Assembly (NCBI RefSeq): GCF_963921235.1 | Contig: NC_086097.1 | Coordinates: 131,380,001-131,444,000 of the forward strand | Direction of reading: 5' to 3' | Source of the DNA: Mobula hypostoma | Lineage: Eukaryota | Length of the DNA: 64,000 nt | Shown: one piece after another, positions 13,515 to 26,844 of the stretch | How the letters are laid out: each line of letters opens with the position of its first letter | How positions within the stretch are numbered: position 1 is the first letter of the stretch | Translations under genes and position numbers: made by a program | The notes under the pieces: model-generated | Database searches by the model: none | Told to the model about the DNA's origin: nothing | What the model saw: the letters and a program-made list of their open reading frames with translations, nothing else

Positions 13515-14175
13515 ATTAGATTAGATTAGATTCAACTTCATTGTCATTGTGCCGAGTACAGATACAAAGCCAATGAAATGCAGTTAGCATCTAACCAGAA
13601 ATGCAAAGAATAGTGTTATTTACGAAATAACTGTGAATAAAAAGTAAGTGCTACAGCACACAAATATAAAAGTACTGAGACAGTACAATATGGGTGCAAT
13701 ACTGCTTAGTGCTGTGATGTGAGGTTCAACAGTGTCACAGCCTCAGGGAAGAAGCTCTTCCTGTGCCTGCTGGTGCGGGAGCGGAGGCTCCTGTAACGTC
13801 TACCGGATGGGAGGAGATAAAAAGTCCATGGTTAGGGTGAGATGCAACACTGATAATGCTTTTCGCCCTGCCCATGCAGCATTTATGGTAGATGTTCTCA
13901 ATAGTGGGCAATTGGGTGCTGATAATCCGCTGGGCAGTTTTCACCACACGCTGGAGTACTTTGCGGTCCAATACAGGACAATTGCCATAACACACTGAGA
14001 TGCAGCTGGTGAGTATTCTCTCAATGGTACAGAAGTAAAAGTCCGTCAGTATCCTAGGACAGAGGTGAGCTTTCTTGATGCTTTGCAGGAAATAAAGGCG
14101 CTGTTGCACCTTTTTGATCAGGATGGAGGAGTTCAGGAACTAGGTGAGATCCTCGGAAATGTGGACACCAAGGAT
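13515..14175 (-). mobile_element. Rex1/Babar-type LINE 3' fragment
   Basis: ORF 13735-14109(-) QQRLYFL..IKKAHLCPRILTDFY.CTIE.ILTSCISV.YGNC...LQRVVKTAQRII; (TCTAA)n tail seen as ttagattagattaga. Confidence 0.85.
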
Positions 14176-15075
14176 CAATTTGTAGATCAATTCATTACAA
14201 TAGTACATTGGGGTAGTACACGATAAAACCACAATAATGCAAAATATAGTGCTACAGTTACAGAGAGAGGTGATGCAGATAGATAATAGGGTGCAAGGCC
14301 ATATTGAGGTAGAGGACGAGGGGACTGTTCATTAATGACAATAAACTTACCTTTCATTTTTGGCTCCTTACTTTTATTGCAGCAATGACTGCATCTCAAC
14401 AGGGCTTTATTGGGAGTGAAGCCGCTGGTGCATACAGATGGTGTGATGTGGGTTATACAAATATTAATCCTCTCTTTGTTCTGATTGTTTTTAATCACAG
14501 GAGGCAAGAATTCTGTTGCCTGAGCAGTGTGTGCAAGATTATTAGTTCAGTCCCTCTGTGGTTGCTTGGAAATTGGATTGTCTAAGCTCAACTTATTGGA
14601 GGTTCCAACTTCGGCATGAGATGTTGAAATGAGACTTCGTCCATTATAACACAGAATAAAGAAAATAGAACAGTACAACACAGGAACAGGCCCTTCGGCC
14701 CACAATGTTGTGCCAAACTAATTAAATTAGTTACCAAGTGGCTAACTAACCTAATCTCTTCTGCTTATACAATGTCCATCTTCCATTTTCCTCACATTCC
14801 AGTGCCTATCTAAGCATCTCTTACAGGTCCCGAATGTATCTGCCGCTACTATCACCCCAAGCAATGCATTCCAGGCACCCATCACTCTTGTCCCTCACAT
14901 CTTCTTTGAACTTACCCCTCTCACCTTAAATGCATGCTCTCTGGTATTAGATATCTCAGCCCTGGGAAAAAGATATTGCCTGACTGCTCTATCTTTGCTT
15001 AAAAATTTATTAACCTCTATCAGATCTTCCCTCAGCCTCTGCCACTATAGAGAAAACAATCTAAGTTTGTCCAAC

Positions 15076-15245
15076 AACAGGAATTCTGCAGATGCTGGAA
15101 ATTCAAGCAACACACATCGAAGAGTTACTAACTCTTCCTTCAGTTAGTCCTGATGAAGGGTCTCGGCCTGAAACGTTGACTGTACCTCTTCCTAGAGATG
15201 CTGCCTGGCCTGCTGCGTTCACCAGCAACTTTGATGTATGTTGCT
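15076..15245 (+). mobile_element. Short Penelope-type insert with hammerhead motif and 14-bp TSD
   Basis: TSD taagtttgtccaac at 15062-15075 and 15246-15259; partial fold-back agcaacacacatc / gatgtatgttgct. Confidence 0.85.
15146..15181 (+). ncRNA. Minimal type I hammerhead ribozyme motif
   Basis: agtc CTGATGA agggtctcggcct GAAACGTT gact: stem I agtc/gact, both catalytic boxes intact, palindromic AACGTT stem III, GUU triplet. Confidence 0.7.
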
Positions 15246-15418
15246 TAAGTTTGTCCAACCTCTCGTTATAGCACATGGCCTCTAATCCAAGCAAATTCCT
15301 GGTAAGCCTCTTCTGTATCCTCTCCTAAGTCTCAACATCCTTCCTACAATGGGGCGACCAGGCTTTAGATGTGGCCGAACGAGAGTTTTATAAAGCTGTA
15401 ACATAACCTCATGACTTT

Positions 15419-15819
15419 GTTTTAACTCTTTCAATATTTTTATTAGTTTCTACATAGAAGAATACAGAGTACAAGAAAGTATATATAAAGGTCGAAAAAA
15501 AACAACTACCAATTGCATTGTATCTATTCATAATAACAATCTCATTACCCCGTATTCATGTAGGTTAGTCAAAGTTATATTGAAATATACTAATTTATTA
15601 CAAAAAAAAGAGTCTAACCTCAACCAAGACTGAAGCTGTTTGTTAAGGAGAAGAAAACGTAAAATACCTTCTCGTGTAAAAAAATTAATAATAGCCAACA
15701 CCTAAATTTAAACAACGAATTGAGGGTTTTGAAAGTTCTGAAAATAATTCAGAAAGGGTCCCCACAATGTTTGAAAGTCTTGACGAGATTCAGAAATTGA
15801 ACCATGAATCTTCTTTTGA
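15419..15819 (-). mobile_element. 5'-truncated L1 3' end nested in CR1
   Basis: Minus-strand translation KKIHGSISESRQDFQTLWDPF resembles the fish L1 ORF2 C-terminus; AT-rich 3' UTR with AATAAA; TSD atgacttt (15411-15418/15820-15827). Confidence 0.75.
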
Positions 15820-16569
15820 ATGACTTTTGAACTCAATGTAATTTATAAAGGCAAACATACCATATGCCTTCTTAACTGCTCTATCTAGCTGTGTGGCCAC
15901 TTTCAAGGAGTTGTGAATTTGGACATCAAAATCTCTCTGATTGTCAATATTGTTAAGGGTCTTTCCCCTAATAGTGTATTGTCTCATTACATTTGACCTG
16001 CCAAGTTGGAACACTTCACATTTGGCCATTGTCTCAAGTAAAAGATCCAACCCAGGAGGATGATTAAGTGAGTTTTCCCTAGCAACCCAGCTGATACCTA
16101 TCCCAACAACATCTAAACAAATTATATGATCGCCATTTCATTGCTCTTTGTGTAAGATGCCTTCTGAAACCCAATTAGCAGTCTCAACTTTTTATCTTTG
16201 TCCGCATATGGGGAGAAATGCTTTTAATAGAGAAAATATTACTGTATGTGAATATGTAGATATGTTGAGTGTGTGGTGTAATGGTGCCATTGAAATTTAA
16301 GCATATGTCCCAATGGATATTTTAACTTACAGTCAAGTGAACTCATTTTGAATCTAATGGATTCTCCTAGAGGTTATTATAAGTAGTTCAGCTAAGTGTG
16401 TCTGACTCAGAGACCATTTCTGTACAAACAATGCCTCTCATTTACGATCTAGAGGCAGAAGAAACTGCTGGTTGATTTTACTTTTTGACCTTAGTCAAAG
16501 GCTACCAAAGCCAATTCTGGCAGCTAATCATTGCCCTAGCCAAGATCAAAATTAAATCCAGATTTTTTT

Positions 16570-16695
16570 TTGCAACATTCAGCTGGAGGAAGTCGAGCAG
16601 CATCTGTGGAAGGATGGAATCGTTGAGGTTTCAGGCTGAGACCCTACTGCAGGACTGGATCTTCAGATTGCTTTAAATTCCAGAATCTGCTGTCT
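16570..16695 (-). mobile_element. Penelope-type pseudo-LTR fragment with degenerate hammerhead and short inverted tail
   Basis: gctggaggaagtcgagcagcatctgtgg...gtttcaggctgagaccctactgcaggact (minus strand: agtcctgcagtagggtctcagcctgaaac). Confidence 0.55.
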
Positions 16696-17059
16696 CCAAT
16701 TCAATTCAGCTTGGGTGGTATAGTGCACAGAGTTGAGTAAGTGCCAATCTCAGTGGTACAGGCACTGAAAAGGTGCGTCATTAAATTCCACAGATTCCAC
16801 TGTTTTCCTACTTTTATATCTCACACTTGTTTGTCAGTCTCAGCCACTCACAATGTATTGTAACTTCAGAAGCTTCCCTTTTCCTTATTCTCAGGCTCTT
16901 TCTTTTCCAGGCTAGGTTGTACTAAACTGAAGCAGATTCTGACTTGGTGATACATTAACGGCTCTGATGGGGAAATCCTTTGGTGGAATACCCTGTTATG
17001 TGCTAAAAGATAATTCATTGCTAAACACAAACAACATTGGTAAACTGATATTTGAAGAG

Positions 17060-17355
17060 CCTACCCCCACTTATCATCTACCAGCCATTGTCTCCCAATT
17101 GCATTCCTTCCTCTCCCCCTACTTAGCGCATCCCGCCTGTCATCTTTCACCCATCCTCAGTCCACCAATCATCTTGGCCTCCTGTCTCACAACTCCCCCT
17201 CTCCTCATTATTCCAGCCAACACTTTCAGTCCAGATGCAGAGTTTTGATCCAGAAAGTCAGCAGTTCTTTTCTCGCCTGCAGATGCTGCTAGGGAGTTCC
17301 TTCAGAAGATTGTTTGTTGCTCCAGATTCCAGCATCTGCAGTTTCTTCTGCCTCT
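17060..17355 (+). mobile_element. Penelope-type 3' fragment, old
   Basis: Pyrimidine-rich tract, then cagtccagatgcagag...gaaagtc, cagatgctgc...gagttccttcag...gctccagattccagcatctgcag. Confidence 0.6.
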
Positions 17356-17899
17356 AGTCCGCTAAGACTTCTCTGAGAATGCATGCAGAGCTTTCACTGC
17401 ACTGCAGAACACTATTACTACTTGTGAGGCATTGATGCTGTTATGATGTGACCTGAGGTATATTGTCTAACCATGTCCCTGCATAAGCAGTAGGAGGAGC
17501 AGACCATGTCACAAATTAATCATCTGCTTGTCTTGTCAGCCATCACCATCAGTAGAAAAGCCTGTAGTTCCACATTGGTCCCCTGAATCATCCTGGAGCT
17601 CATAAAACCAGAGTGGGGACAAGTCATTTCATGATCCTGAGGGACTGCCTAAAAGAAAGGTTATCTGACACCAATTCCTCAACAATGCTGTGCTTTACAA
17701 AGATTCTGTCTGAAATTAGAGTCACAATCGGATGCACGACAACTGTGGAAATATTTTCATGCCATTACTTCCTATAAAGTAAAACCTAAGAGAATAAATG
17801 GCAGTGATGCTTCGGTCTCCAATAAGTTCAACACTTTTTATGCACTCCCTGAAAGGGCGACTAACACCACACCTGTGTGTATCCCCACAGCATCCAGTG

Positions 17900-18300
17900 A
17901 CTCTGTGATCCCTGTTTCGGAGGCCAATGTCCCACATCCTTCAAGAGAGTGAAACCTCATAAGGTGTCGGGCCCCGATGGTGTACATGGCCAGTACAGAA
18001 AGCCTGTACGTATCATCAGCCTGGGGTGCTCAAGGACAAATTCAAACTGTCACTGCCGCAGGTGGAGATTCCCTTCAGCTTCAAGGGCAACAATCTATGC
18101 CAGTGCCCAAGAAGACTAGGGCGGGCTGCCTCAATGACAATTGACCAGTGACCCTCACATCTACCGTAAAGAAGTGCTTCAAGAAATTGGTTATGGCTAG
18201 AATGAACTCCTGGCTGAAAAAAGACCCGAATCTTCATCAATTCATCCACTGCCACAACAGGTCTACAGCAGAAGCAGTCTTACTGGCTCCCCATTCTGCG
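17900..18300 (+). mobile_element. Rex1/Babar-type LINE RT fragment
   Basis: Degenerate GPDG...LND..PVTLTSTVKKCFKKLV...DPNLHQF...NRST. Confidence 0.7.
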
Positions 18301-18834
18301 GCCTCTTGTGATTTGTCTTTGAGAATTTGCCTGTGAACTGCTTTCAGAAGTGTAATTTTCTGAGATGCCTCAGCAGGTTGCGAATGGAAGTTCATCATTG
18401 TCCAGCTGTAAAGTGAAGATTGCATTTCCCCTGCTCACATCAGAATCTTCTCTTCATCAAATGCATTTTCCCAATTGATCCCTTGTTCCATTAGCCAACC
18501 TTTATCTGATAATATTAGTTACTCACTGCAACTGGCTACCACACTTGACAGTTTTGACCACTGTCCATTATAACACATTATGTGGTTCATCTGTCTAAGT
18601 CCCCTGAGTACTTCACTGGTACCAACCATGCTCTTGATTAAAGGTAAATGGTTATACTTGCTCCTCCAGGTAGCTCTTCACATGATGGAACAACTTACTG
18701 CTGTATCAGTCTGTATTTCTAATGATTGATTGATGATCTACTGTGTAAAAATGGTTTAATGGTCTCTGCCATTTACACTCTTGCAGTAGGTCGGTGGTCT
18801 TCAGCTCCTCCCTGGCTTGCTCTACCTCAGCACT

Positions 18835-19310
18835 CACGAGAATGATCCCGGGAATGGAAGGGTTAACATTTGAGGAGTGTTTGATAGCTCTGGGCCTGTA
18901 CTTATTAGAGTTTAGAAGAAAAAGGGGGGCTCTAATTGAAACCTACCAAATGTTGGAAGGCCTGGATAGAGTGAATGTGGAGAGGATGTTTCAAATAGTG
19001 GGAAAGTCCAGGACCAGAATAGAAGGATGTCCCTTCAGAATAGAGTTTAGGAGGACTTGTGTTACAGCCAGAGAGTGGTGAATCTGTGGAATTCATTGCT
19101 ACAGATAGCTGTGGAGACCAAGTCATTGGGTATATTTAAAACGGATGTTGATAAGTTCTTTATCAGTAAGGGTGTCTATGGTGATGGGAGAAGGCAGGAG
19201 AATGGTGTTGAGAGGGAAAATAAATGAGCCATGATCAAATAGTGGAGCAGATTCGATGGGCCGAATGGCCTAATAATGCTCTTCTTATCATCTCATGATC
19301 TTATGGTTCT
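18835..19310 (+). mobile_element. CR1-type LINE 3' fragment
   Basis: TRMIPGMEGLTFEECLIALGLYLLEFRR..LIETYQML; 3' UTR gatgggccgaatggcctaa..tgct..atgatcttatggt. Confidence 0.85.
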
Positions 19311-19921
19311 ACAAATGATCCCTTCTGTGTTCCCTTGACAGGAAACTGCTCTCACCGTAAAACTTCGGTCTGATAGCAAGGATCCCTCCCTCTTGTACCT
19401 CATAAAGATCCAAAACTTGTTTGGGGAATAGAGAGTCCACTGCTGCCTGGTGACTTTTAACTGTTGTCATGTTTCCGTCTGGTCTTGGACAATTTTCATG
19501 ACATTTTTCAGTGCCATTTCCTTTAAATTTGCAATTTTGGAAACAAGGTCAAACATAAAATACTGTGTAAAATGACAAACAAAATTTGAGATTCAGGTTG
19601 CTTGCAAATCCAGTCTGCCGAGGAAGGTTAAGAATTTAACAAAGTTGCAAAGCTTTGATAAATGCTCTTATTCAACCAAATACGTTGACTAATTCTGCAC
19701 CTTTTTGATTCTATATGCCAAACTTGCAGCTCTCTGCAAACTCCAGAAGTTACTCATTGAAATAATTTTCAAATTTCCACACTAACTGAGATTTCTATGA
19801 CACTGCTGTTATGTTTAAGCAGATTCTCGGATTTGGTAAGTGGGACAAAACACACTGATTGCGAATAAGCATGTTAACTATTTATTTACAGCAAACAGTG
19901 AAATACTCAACCAAGTATCTA

Positions 19922-20350
19922 GTAGTTAGTTACTGCCTGTTATGCCGCTGGCAGCTAGGGCAGCAATGAAGGTCCACTATCTCTGTCTGTCCTTGGCCAT
20001 ATTCTCTATTGTGCCCCAGGTGTGGTTCAGGGTTCTCCTATGGTATGGCACCAAGTTGTCACATATCCTACGCCACTGAGGGGTCCAGTGAGGTGCTGTC
20101 TTAATGATGGAGTTGGCTTTTCTTCTCATCACATGTCCAATCCATCTCCAGTGTTTCCTCATGATGATTGTGACCATGCCCTCTTGAAGGCACTGAAGGA
20201 GTAGGGCGTGGTTGGAGATCCTTTTTTGCTAGAAAAATATGGAGGATCTTCCGAAGGCTTGTGGTGTAGAATGACGACAGCTTGGCAAGGTCATTCTCTA
20301 ACAAATGCCGACATTCTGTCCACTACAAGAGTGTGGACAGAACAAAGTTC
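19922..20350 (-). mobile_element. RTE-clade LINE 3' fragment
   Basis: ORFs KLSSFYTTSLRKILHIF and WRWIGHVMRRKANSIIKTAPHWTP (RTE C-terminus); (TAAC)n-like tail gtagttagttac. Confidence 0.8.
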
Positions 20351-20804
20351 TGTTACAGCTTCACCTTGGCATGGACCAAGCATCTATTCAAACAATTACT
20401 TACCTAAGTCACAAAAGCTACAACACTAAACATTCAACAAACAGGTACTTATCTAAGTGTCATGTGGCCTTCCTATCTGCAGCACACTTTCCCAATGGTT
20501 CTTCAGCCCTGATCACAATCCAATTTGGAAGGACCTACAAGTGAAAAAGAGACAGAGCATCTTGCATGCACTCTTCTTATACCCCTGGGGTGCTCAAAAC
20601 TGGAGGCCTGTGCTGTGGCGTGAAATCCCAGCCAATGGCAGAAAGCTGCCACATCCTTTGAATGGGTCAATCAGCGACTGGCATGGTGGAAACAGCTTTT
20701 GATCAGCAAGTAAGTAAGCCCTTTACTTTACAATTGCCTGTTTAGTAATCATGTAATTGGTCTCATGTACCTTTGTGTAATGTGTCTCATGTGTAATTGT
20801 CTTC

Positions 20805-21250
20805 ATGTATGGCTTAGCTACCAAACCTGGCGGAGCTGCTTTTATTGACAGGAGAAGGGGCAAGGACATGTCACTGGCACCTTAAAACCAGTCACTTTGG
20901 GCAGGAAGGGGCTTGTCAGTCAGAGAAGGAAAACTCTGATCTCAAACCTCAGCTGCCTTGTGGTTATGCCCACTCATGGGGAAGGCTTCAGGAGTAAACC
21001 CCAAGGGAAAAATCTGGGGCTGGAGTCTGTGAGGCAGTTGTACATTGAGCTGGCACTGGCAACCCCTGTGACGCTGCTGGTGCCAAACGGTATCAGTCCC
21101 TGCCGTTCCTTTAAGTTCATCAGTTGTGTGGAGACGGGGAGCTTGCTACATGAGCAACAGCTTGCTCTCCATATTGTACTGCCCAGGCTTGCATATCTAG
21201 ACAGCTGGGACACAAAATCCATGGTCAGTTCTGACCGACGGAAGTCTCAG
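20805..21250 (+). mobile_element. Non-autonomous RTE-derived (bipartite) element
   Basis: RTE-5'UTR-like gagaaggaaaactctgatctcaaacc; 3' part tggagacggggagcttgctacatgagcaac...tgcccaggc...aaatccatggtc homologous to the 3' half of the SINEs at 5229 and 49870. Confidence 0.65.
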
Positions 21251-21379
21251 ACTCAGAACTGGTCTCAAAGATAGCCTTCTTAGACCCTCTGGCAATATTC
21301 AGTGCCTATACATTTTTTACATGCATCCTCTACTCCTACAGTATTATTAGCTGTAAAGAACATTCCCATCCTTTCCAAA

Positions 21380-21540
21380 ATTCAAAAAGTTCAAGGTTCG
21401 AAGTATGTATATATTATACAACTTTGAGATTTGTCTCCTTGCAGGCAGCCACAAAACAAACAAACCCGAAAGGACACATAAAAAAGACCATCGAACACCC
21501 AACGTGCAGAGAAAAAAAACAAGCTGTTCAAGCAATAAGT
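21380..21540 (-). mobile_element. Non-autonomous LINE-related repeat, 3' fragment
   Basis: Homologous to 11876-12040. Confidence 0.5.
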
Positions 21541-22449
21541 GTGGCAAGACCATCATTAGTCTTATTTCCAGTCACAACTGTTAATAAGTGGTCCAGTGCT
21601 AGCTTTCTAGGCTCTTGAATGAAGGATGACTGACCGATGCAATAATGGTTCCAAGAAAATTGGGATTTTGTACATTCTCCCTGTGACCATGTGGATTTCC
21701 CTATGCCTCCCAAAGATGTGCCATGGCTGCTGTAAATTGTCCCCAGTGCATGGATGAGCAGTAGAATCTGCTCAGCTGATGGAAAAGTGGGGTGAGTAAA
21801 ACATGTGATTAATCCAGGATTAGTGTTAATGAGTGGGTGACAGCCAAGAAGGACTTAATGGGTCAAAAGGCTATTTCTATGTGGCATCTCTCTATGACGC
21901 TATGATTCTAGGTTAATAACTTCAGGGAAAGAATGAGAAATAAAATGAATAAGGAGAAAAACAATACTGAAGAACAAATTTCTCTACTGTGATATAATAT
22001 ACATTTCTGACCTTGTTTCATGGAAGGAGTAGTTTCCGATCTAAACTCGTAACGCCGCTGCCCAGGCCATGCTCTCTTCTCATTGCTGTTATCAGACAGG
22101 GAGAGCAGGAGTCTGGAGATCCACAGCTCAAGGTTCAACAAGAACTTCTTCCCCATTATGATCCGGTTCTCAAACTGACCTGAAGCACCCGAACATCATC
22201 TCAGCCTGCATTTCCCCAAACTTGCACGAATGATGTTATATTTATTTTGCTGTTTAAGTTAATGTATTATTTATATTTTTGTAAGTTTTTGTTAATTTAT
22301 GTTAGTCACGTTTGTAATATGCTGCTGCTGCAAAAAGCTAATTTTCATAGCATTTACAGAATACCATGGGAATGTACAGTATGCTCACGATAATAAACTT
22401 GAAATTGAGTTTATGATGTTTCACAAATGGCACATTCTGTTATGTCTGC

Positions 22450-22755
22450 GGGGTGCCACAGTAGCATAGCAGTTAATGCGATGCTTTTACAGCTCAGGGT
22501 GTTGAAGTTCGGAGTTGAATCCTGATGCCGTCTGTAAGGACTTTGTGTGTCCTCCCCGTGAACGCATGGATTTCCTCCGGATGCTCTGGTTTCCTCCCAC
22601 ATATCAAAGATGTACTGGTTAGAAGGTTAATTTGTCATTGTAACTTGTCAAATTGTCCTCTGATTAGGCTAGTTTTAAATAGGTGGGCTGCTGGGTGCTG
22701 TGGATTGTTGAGCTGGAAGGGCTTGTTTCATGCTGTATCTTTAAATAAAATAAAT
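22450..22755 (+). mobile_element. V-SINE
   Basis: tRNA-like head, V domain tggatttcctccggatgctctggtttcctcccac, tail gggcttgtttcatgctgtatctttaaataaaataaa. Confidence 0.8.
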
Positions 22756-23168
22756 CAGGCCTCCTCAACAACGGACTCAATTTTCTAACCTACTCATACC
22801 TCCAGAAGCTCTGGCCTCCATCTTAGCCACAGGTGGGATCTTTGGTCTGAACCTCAGCCTTAGAATGGGGACTCCAATCTGAACCACTACTCCACCACTC
22901 TGCATGTTCTCAGAACCCAAACCTGCCCATTATTGCAAAACAACTTAGAAACCAAATCAAGTCTATCACTGGCTGGGACAATGGAATATAGTGCCTGAAG
23001 AATGTGCAATAAAAAAAAAGTTAGTGACAAAAAATAGATTTTATGGCATTATTTAAGTGATTTTAAATTATGATAAATGCTTATATATTCAATCTGCTTT
23101 CTCCCAAAAATACAAATATGCCTTCTGACGTTTCCAAGTTACTTAATAAAAGTAATTATATCTAATCT

Positions 23169-23562
23169 CTGACCGGGTGCACGACATCCTGGTATGACAG
23201 AGAAAGCAACCAGAAGTCGTGATACATGTTGGCACCAACGAAATAGGCAGGAAGAGGGATGAGGTCCTGAAGTGTGAGTTTCGGGAACTAGGCAGAAGGC
23301 TGAAGAACAGGACCGCAAGGGTGGCGTTCTCAGCATTGCCGCCAGTGCTACGTGATGGTGATGGTAAGAATTGGAAGAGATGGCAGTTGAATGCGTGGCT
23401 GAGGAGTTGGTGCAGGGAGCAGGGTTTTAGATTTTTGGATCATTGGGATCTCTTCTGGGGAAGGTGGGAACTGTAAAGATTGGATGGGTTGCACCTGAAC
23501 TTGAGAGGGAGAAATATCCTAGCAGGTAGGTTTACTAGCATGGTTCGGGAGGGTTTAAACTA
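23169..23562 (+). pseudogene. CR1 ORF1 C-terminal SGNH/GDSL esterase-like domain (disrupted)
   Basis: IHVGTNEIG...LNAWLRSWCREQGFRFLDHW...DGLHLN, the GTND and DGLH motifs of CR1 ORF1 esterases; in-frame stops. Confidence 0.85.
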
Positions 23563-23694
23563 ATTTGCAAGGGGGATAGGCCCTGGAGCGATAGAGCAGT
23601 GGAAGAAGTGCATGGAGTAAAGCCAGATCTAACATATAAAGAGGCTTTGAGGAAAGAGAAGCAGAATAAAGGGTGTAAAGGTAGTAAGGTAGAA

Positions 23695-26493
23695 GGGCTA
23701 AAGTGCGTGTACTTCAATGCAAGAAGCATCAGAAAGAAAGGTGATGAACTGAGAGCTTGGATACATACATACATGGAATTAAGATGTAGTGGCCATTACA
23801 GAGACTTGGCTGGCACCAGGGCAGGAATGGATTCTCAATATTCCTGGATTTCAGTGCTTTAAAAGGGATAGAGAGGGGAGAAACAGGGGAGGAGGGGTGG
23901 CATTACTGGTCAGGGATACTATTACAGCTACAGAAAGGAAGGGTAGTGTAGCAGGATCCTCTTTTGAGTCAGTATGGATGGAAGTCAGGAACAGGAAGGG
24001 AACAGTTACTCTATTGGGAGTATTCTATAGGCCCCCTGGTAGCAGCAGAGACTCCGAGGAGCAGATTGGGAGTCAGATTTTGGAAAGGTGCAAAAATAAC
24101 AGGGTTGTTATCATGGGTGACTTTAACTTCCCTAATATTGATTGGCACCTGATTAGTTCCAAGGGTTTGAATGGGGCAGAGTTTGTTAAGTGTGTCCAGG
24201 ACGGATTCCTGTCACAGTATGTTGACAGGCCGACCAGGGGGAATGCCATACTAGCTCTAGTACTAGGTAACGAACTGGGTCAGGTCACAGATCTCTCAGT
24301 GGGTGAGCATCTGGGGGACAGTGACCACTGCTCCCTGGCCTTCAGCATTATCATGGAAAAGGATAGAATCAGAGAGGACAGGAAAATTTTTAATTGGGGA
24401 AGGGCAAATTATGAGGCTATAAGGCTAGAACTTGCGGATGTGAATTGGGATGATATTTTTACAGGGAAATGTACTATGGACATGTGGTTGATGTTTAGAG
24501 ATCTTTTCCAGGATGTTAGGGATAAATTTGTCCCAGTGAGGAAGATAAAGAATGGTAGGGTGAAGGAACCATGGGTGACAAGTGAGGTGGAAAATCTAGT
24601 CAGGTGGAAGAAGGCAGCATACATGAGGTTTAGGAAGCAAGGATCAGATGGGTCTATTGAGGAATATAGGGTAGCAAGAAAGCAGCTTAAGAAGGGGCTG
24701 AGAAGAGTAAGAAGGGGGCATGAGAAGGCCTTGGTGAGCAGGGTAAAGGAAAACCCCAAGGCATTCTTCAATTATGTGAAGAAAAAAAGGATGACAGGAG
24801 TGAAGGTAGGACCGATTAGAAATAAAGGTGGGAAGATGTGCCTGGAGGGTGTAGAAGTGAGCGAGGTCCTCAATGAATACTTCTCTTCAGTATTCACCAA
24901 TGAGGGGGAACTTGATGACGGTGAGGACAATATGAGTGAGGTTCATGTTTTGGAGCATGTTGATATTAAGGCAGAGGAGGTGTTGGACTTATTAAAATAC
25001 GTTAGGACAGATAAGTCCCCAGGGCCTGACGGAATATTCCCCAGGCTGCTCCACGAGGCGAGGGAAGAAATTGCTGAGCCTCTGGCTAGGATCTTTATGT
25101 CCTTGTTGTCCACGGGAATGGTACCGGAGAATTGGAGGGAGGTGAAAGTTGTCCCCTTGTTCAAAAAAGGTAGTAGGGATAGTCCGCGTAATTATAGACC
25201 AGTGAGCCTTAGGTCTGTGGTGGGAAAGCTGTTGGAAAAGATTCTTAAAGATAGGATCTATGGGAATTTAGAGAATCATGGTCTGATCAGGGACAGTCAG
25301 CATGGCTTTGTGAAGGGCAGATCGTGTCTAACAAGCCTGATAGAGTACTTTGAGGAGATGATCAGGCATATAGATGAGGGTAGTGCAGTGGATGTGATCT
25401 AGTTGGATTTTAGTAAGGCATTTGACAAGGTTCCACACAGTAGGCTTATTCAGAAAGTCAGAAGGCAGGGATCCAGGGAAGTTTGGCCAGGTGGATTCAG
25501 AATTGGCTTGCCTGCGGAAGGCAGAGGGTGGTGGTGGAGGGAGTACATTCAGAATGAAGGACTGTGACTAGTGGTGTCCCACAAGGATCTGTTCTGGGAC
25601 CTCTACTTTTTGTGATTTTTATTAACGACCTGGATGTTGGGGTAGAAGGGTCTGTTGACAAGTTTGCAGATGACACAAAGGTTGGTGGTGTTGTAGATAG
25701 TGTAGAGGATTGTCAAAGGTTGCAGAGAGACATTGATAGGATTCAGAAGTGGGCTGAGAAGTGGCAGATGGAGTTCAACCCGGAGAAGTGTGAAGTGGTA
25801 CACTTTGGAAGGACAAACTCCAAGGCAGAGTACAAAGTAAATGGCAGGATACTTGGTAGTGTGGAGGAGCAGTGGGATTCGGGGGTATATGTCCACAGAT
25901 CCCTGAAAATTGCCTCACAGGAAGATAGAGTGGTTAAGAAAGCTTATGGGGTGTCAGCTTTCATAAGTCGAGGGACAGAGTTTAAGAATCGCGAGGTAAT
26001 GATACAGCTCTATAAAACTCTTGTTAGGCCACACTTGGAGTACTGTGTCCAGTTCTGGTTGCCTCACTATAGGAAGGACGTGAATGCATTGGAAAGCGTA
26101 CAGAGAAGATTTACCAGGATGCTGCCTGGTTTAGAGAGTATGCATTATGATCAGAGATTAAGGGAGCTAGGGCTTTACTCTTTGGGGAGAAGGAGGATGA
26201 AAGGAGACATGATAGAGGTGTACAAGATATTAAGAGGAATACTTAGAGTGGACAGCCAGTGCCTCTTCCCCAGGGCACCACTGCTCAATACAAGGGGACG
26301 TGGCTTTAAGGTAAGGGGTGGGAAGTTCAAGAGGGATATTAGAGGAAGATTTCTTACTCAGAGAGTGGTTGGTACGTGGAATGCACTGCATGAGTCAGTG
26401 GTGGAGGCAGATACACTAGTGAAATTTAAGAGACTACTAGACAGGTATATGGAGGAATTTAAAGTGGGGGGTTATATGGGAGTCAGGGTTTGA
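23695..26493 (+). pseudogene. CR1 ORF2: APE endonuclease plus reverse transcriptase (frameshifts and stops)
   Basis: YFNARSI, ITETW, GDFN, SDH (APE); [32 protein letters not shown] (RT); broken near 23770-23790 and 25400-25560. Confidence 0.95.
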
Positions 26494-26844
26494 GGGTTGG
26501 CACAACAATGTGGGCCGAAGGGCCTGTGCTGTGCTGTACTATTCTATGTTCTATGTTCTTTGTTCTATAATCTGTAATTTTGTCTGTCTTTATCACAAAC
26601 ACAGCCACAATTTTTTAAATTCATCCCACATTTTAAGTGGGGGTTTTTACATGACATATATATTTGTAAAAGAGAGATTGCATTTAGATAGCTCCTCCTG
26701 TGTTCCTTCCAGCACATCAGATGTGGTTTACAGCAAGTACAGAGTTGAAATGAAGCTGCTGTTTTAATGTACGATAGATAAGCTGGAATCAATTTGCATA
26801 AAACAAGTTCTCACAATTAGCAATATAATAATGACCCATACTGG

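Larger units (their letters stand above)
14655..16030 (-). mobile_element. CR1-type LINE 3' fragment carrying two nested insertions
   Basis: ORF 15790-16050(-) HNSLKVATQLDRAVKKAYGMFAFI; LGLEAMCYNERLDKL; CR1 3' UTR (agaacagtacaacacaggaacaggcccttcggcccac). Confidence 0.85.
23169..26567 (+). mobile_element. CR1-type LINE, 5'-truncated within ORF1 (copy A)
   Basis: ORF1 esterase remnant plus near-complete ORF2; (CTATGTT)n tail; possible TSD taatct at 23163-23168/26568-26573. Confidence 0.95.

Noticed and set aside
20483..20710. Possible host exon (acceptor ccttcctatctgcag, donor caa|gtaagt)
   Set aside because: The longest open frame stops before the donor, the peptide is unrecognisable, and the segment lies between RTE fragments; a non-coding exon cannot be excluded.
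23789..25402. 537-aa ORF as a functional host gene
   Set aside because: It is a piece of CR1 ORF2, lacking its proper start and ending at a premature stop before the RT catalytic motif; near-identical copies lie elsewhere in the window.
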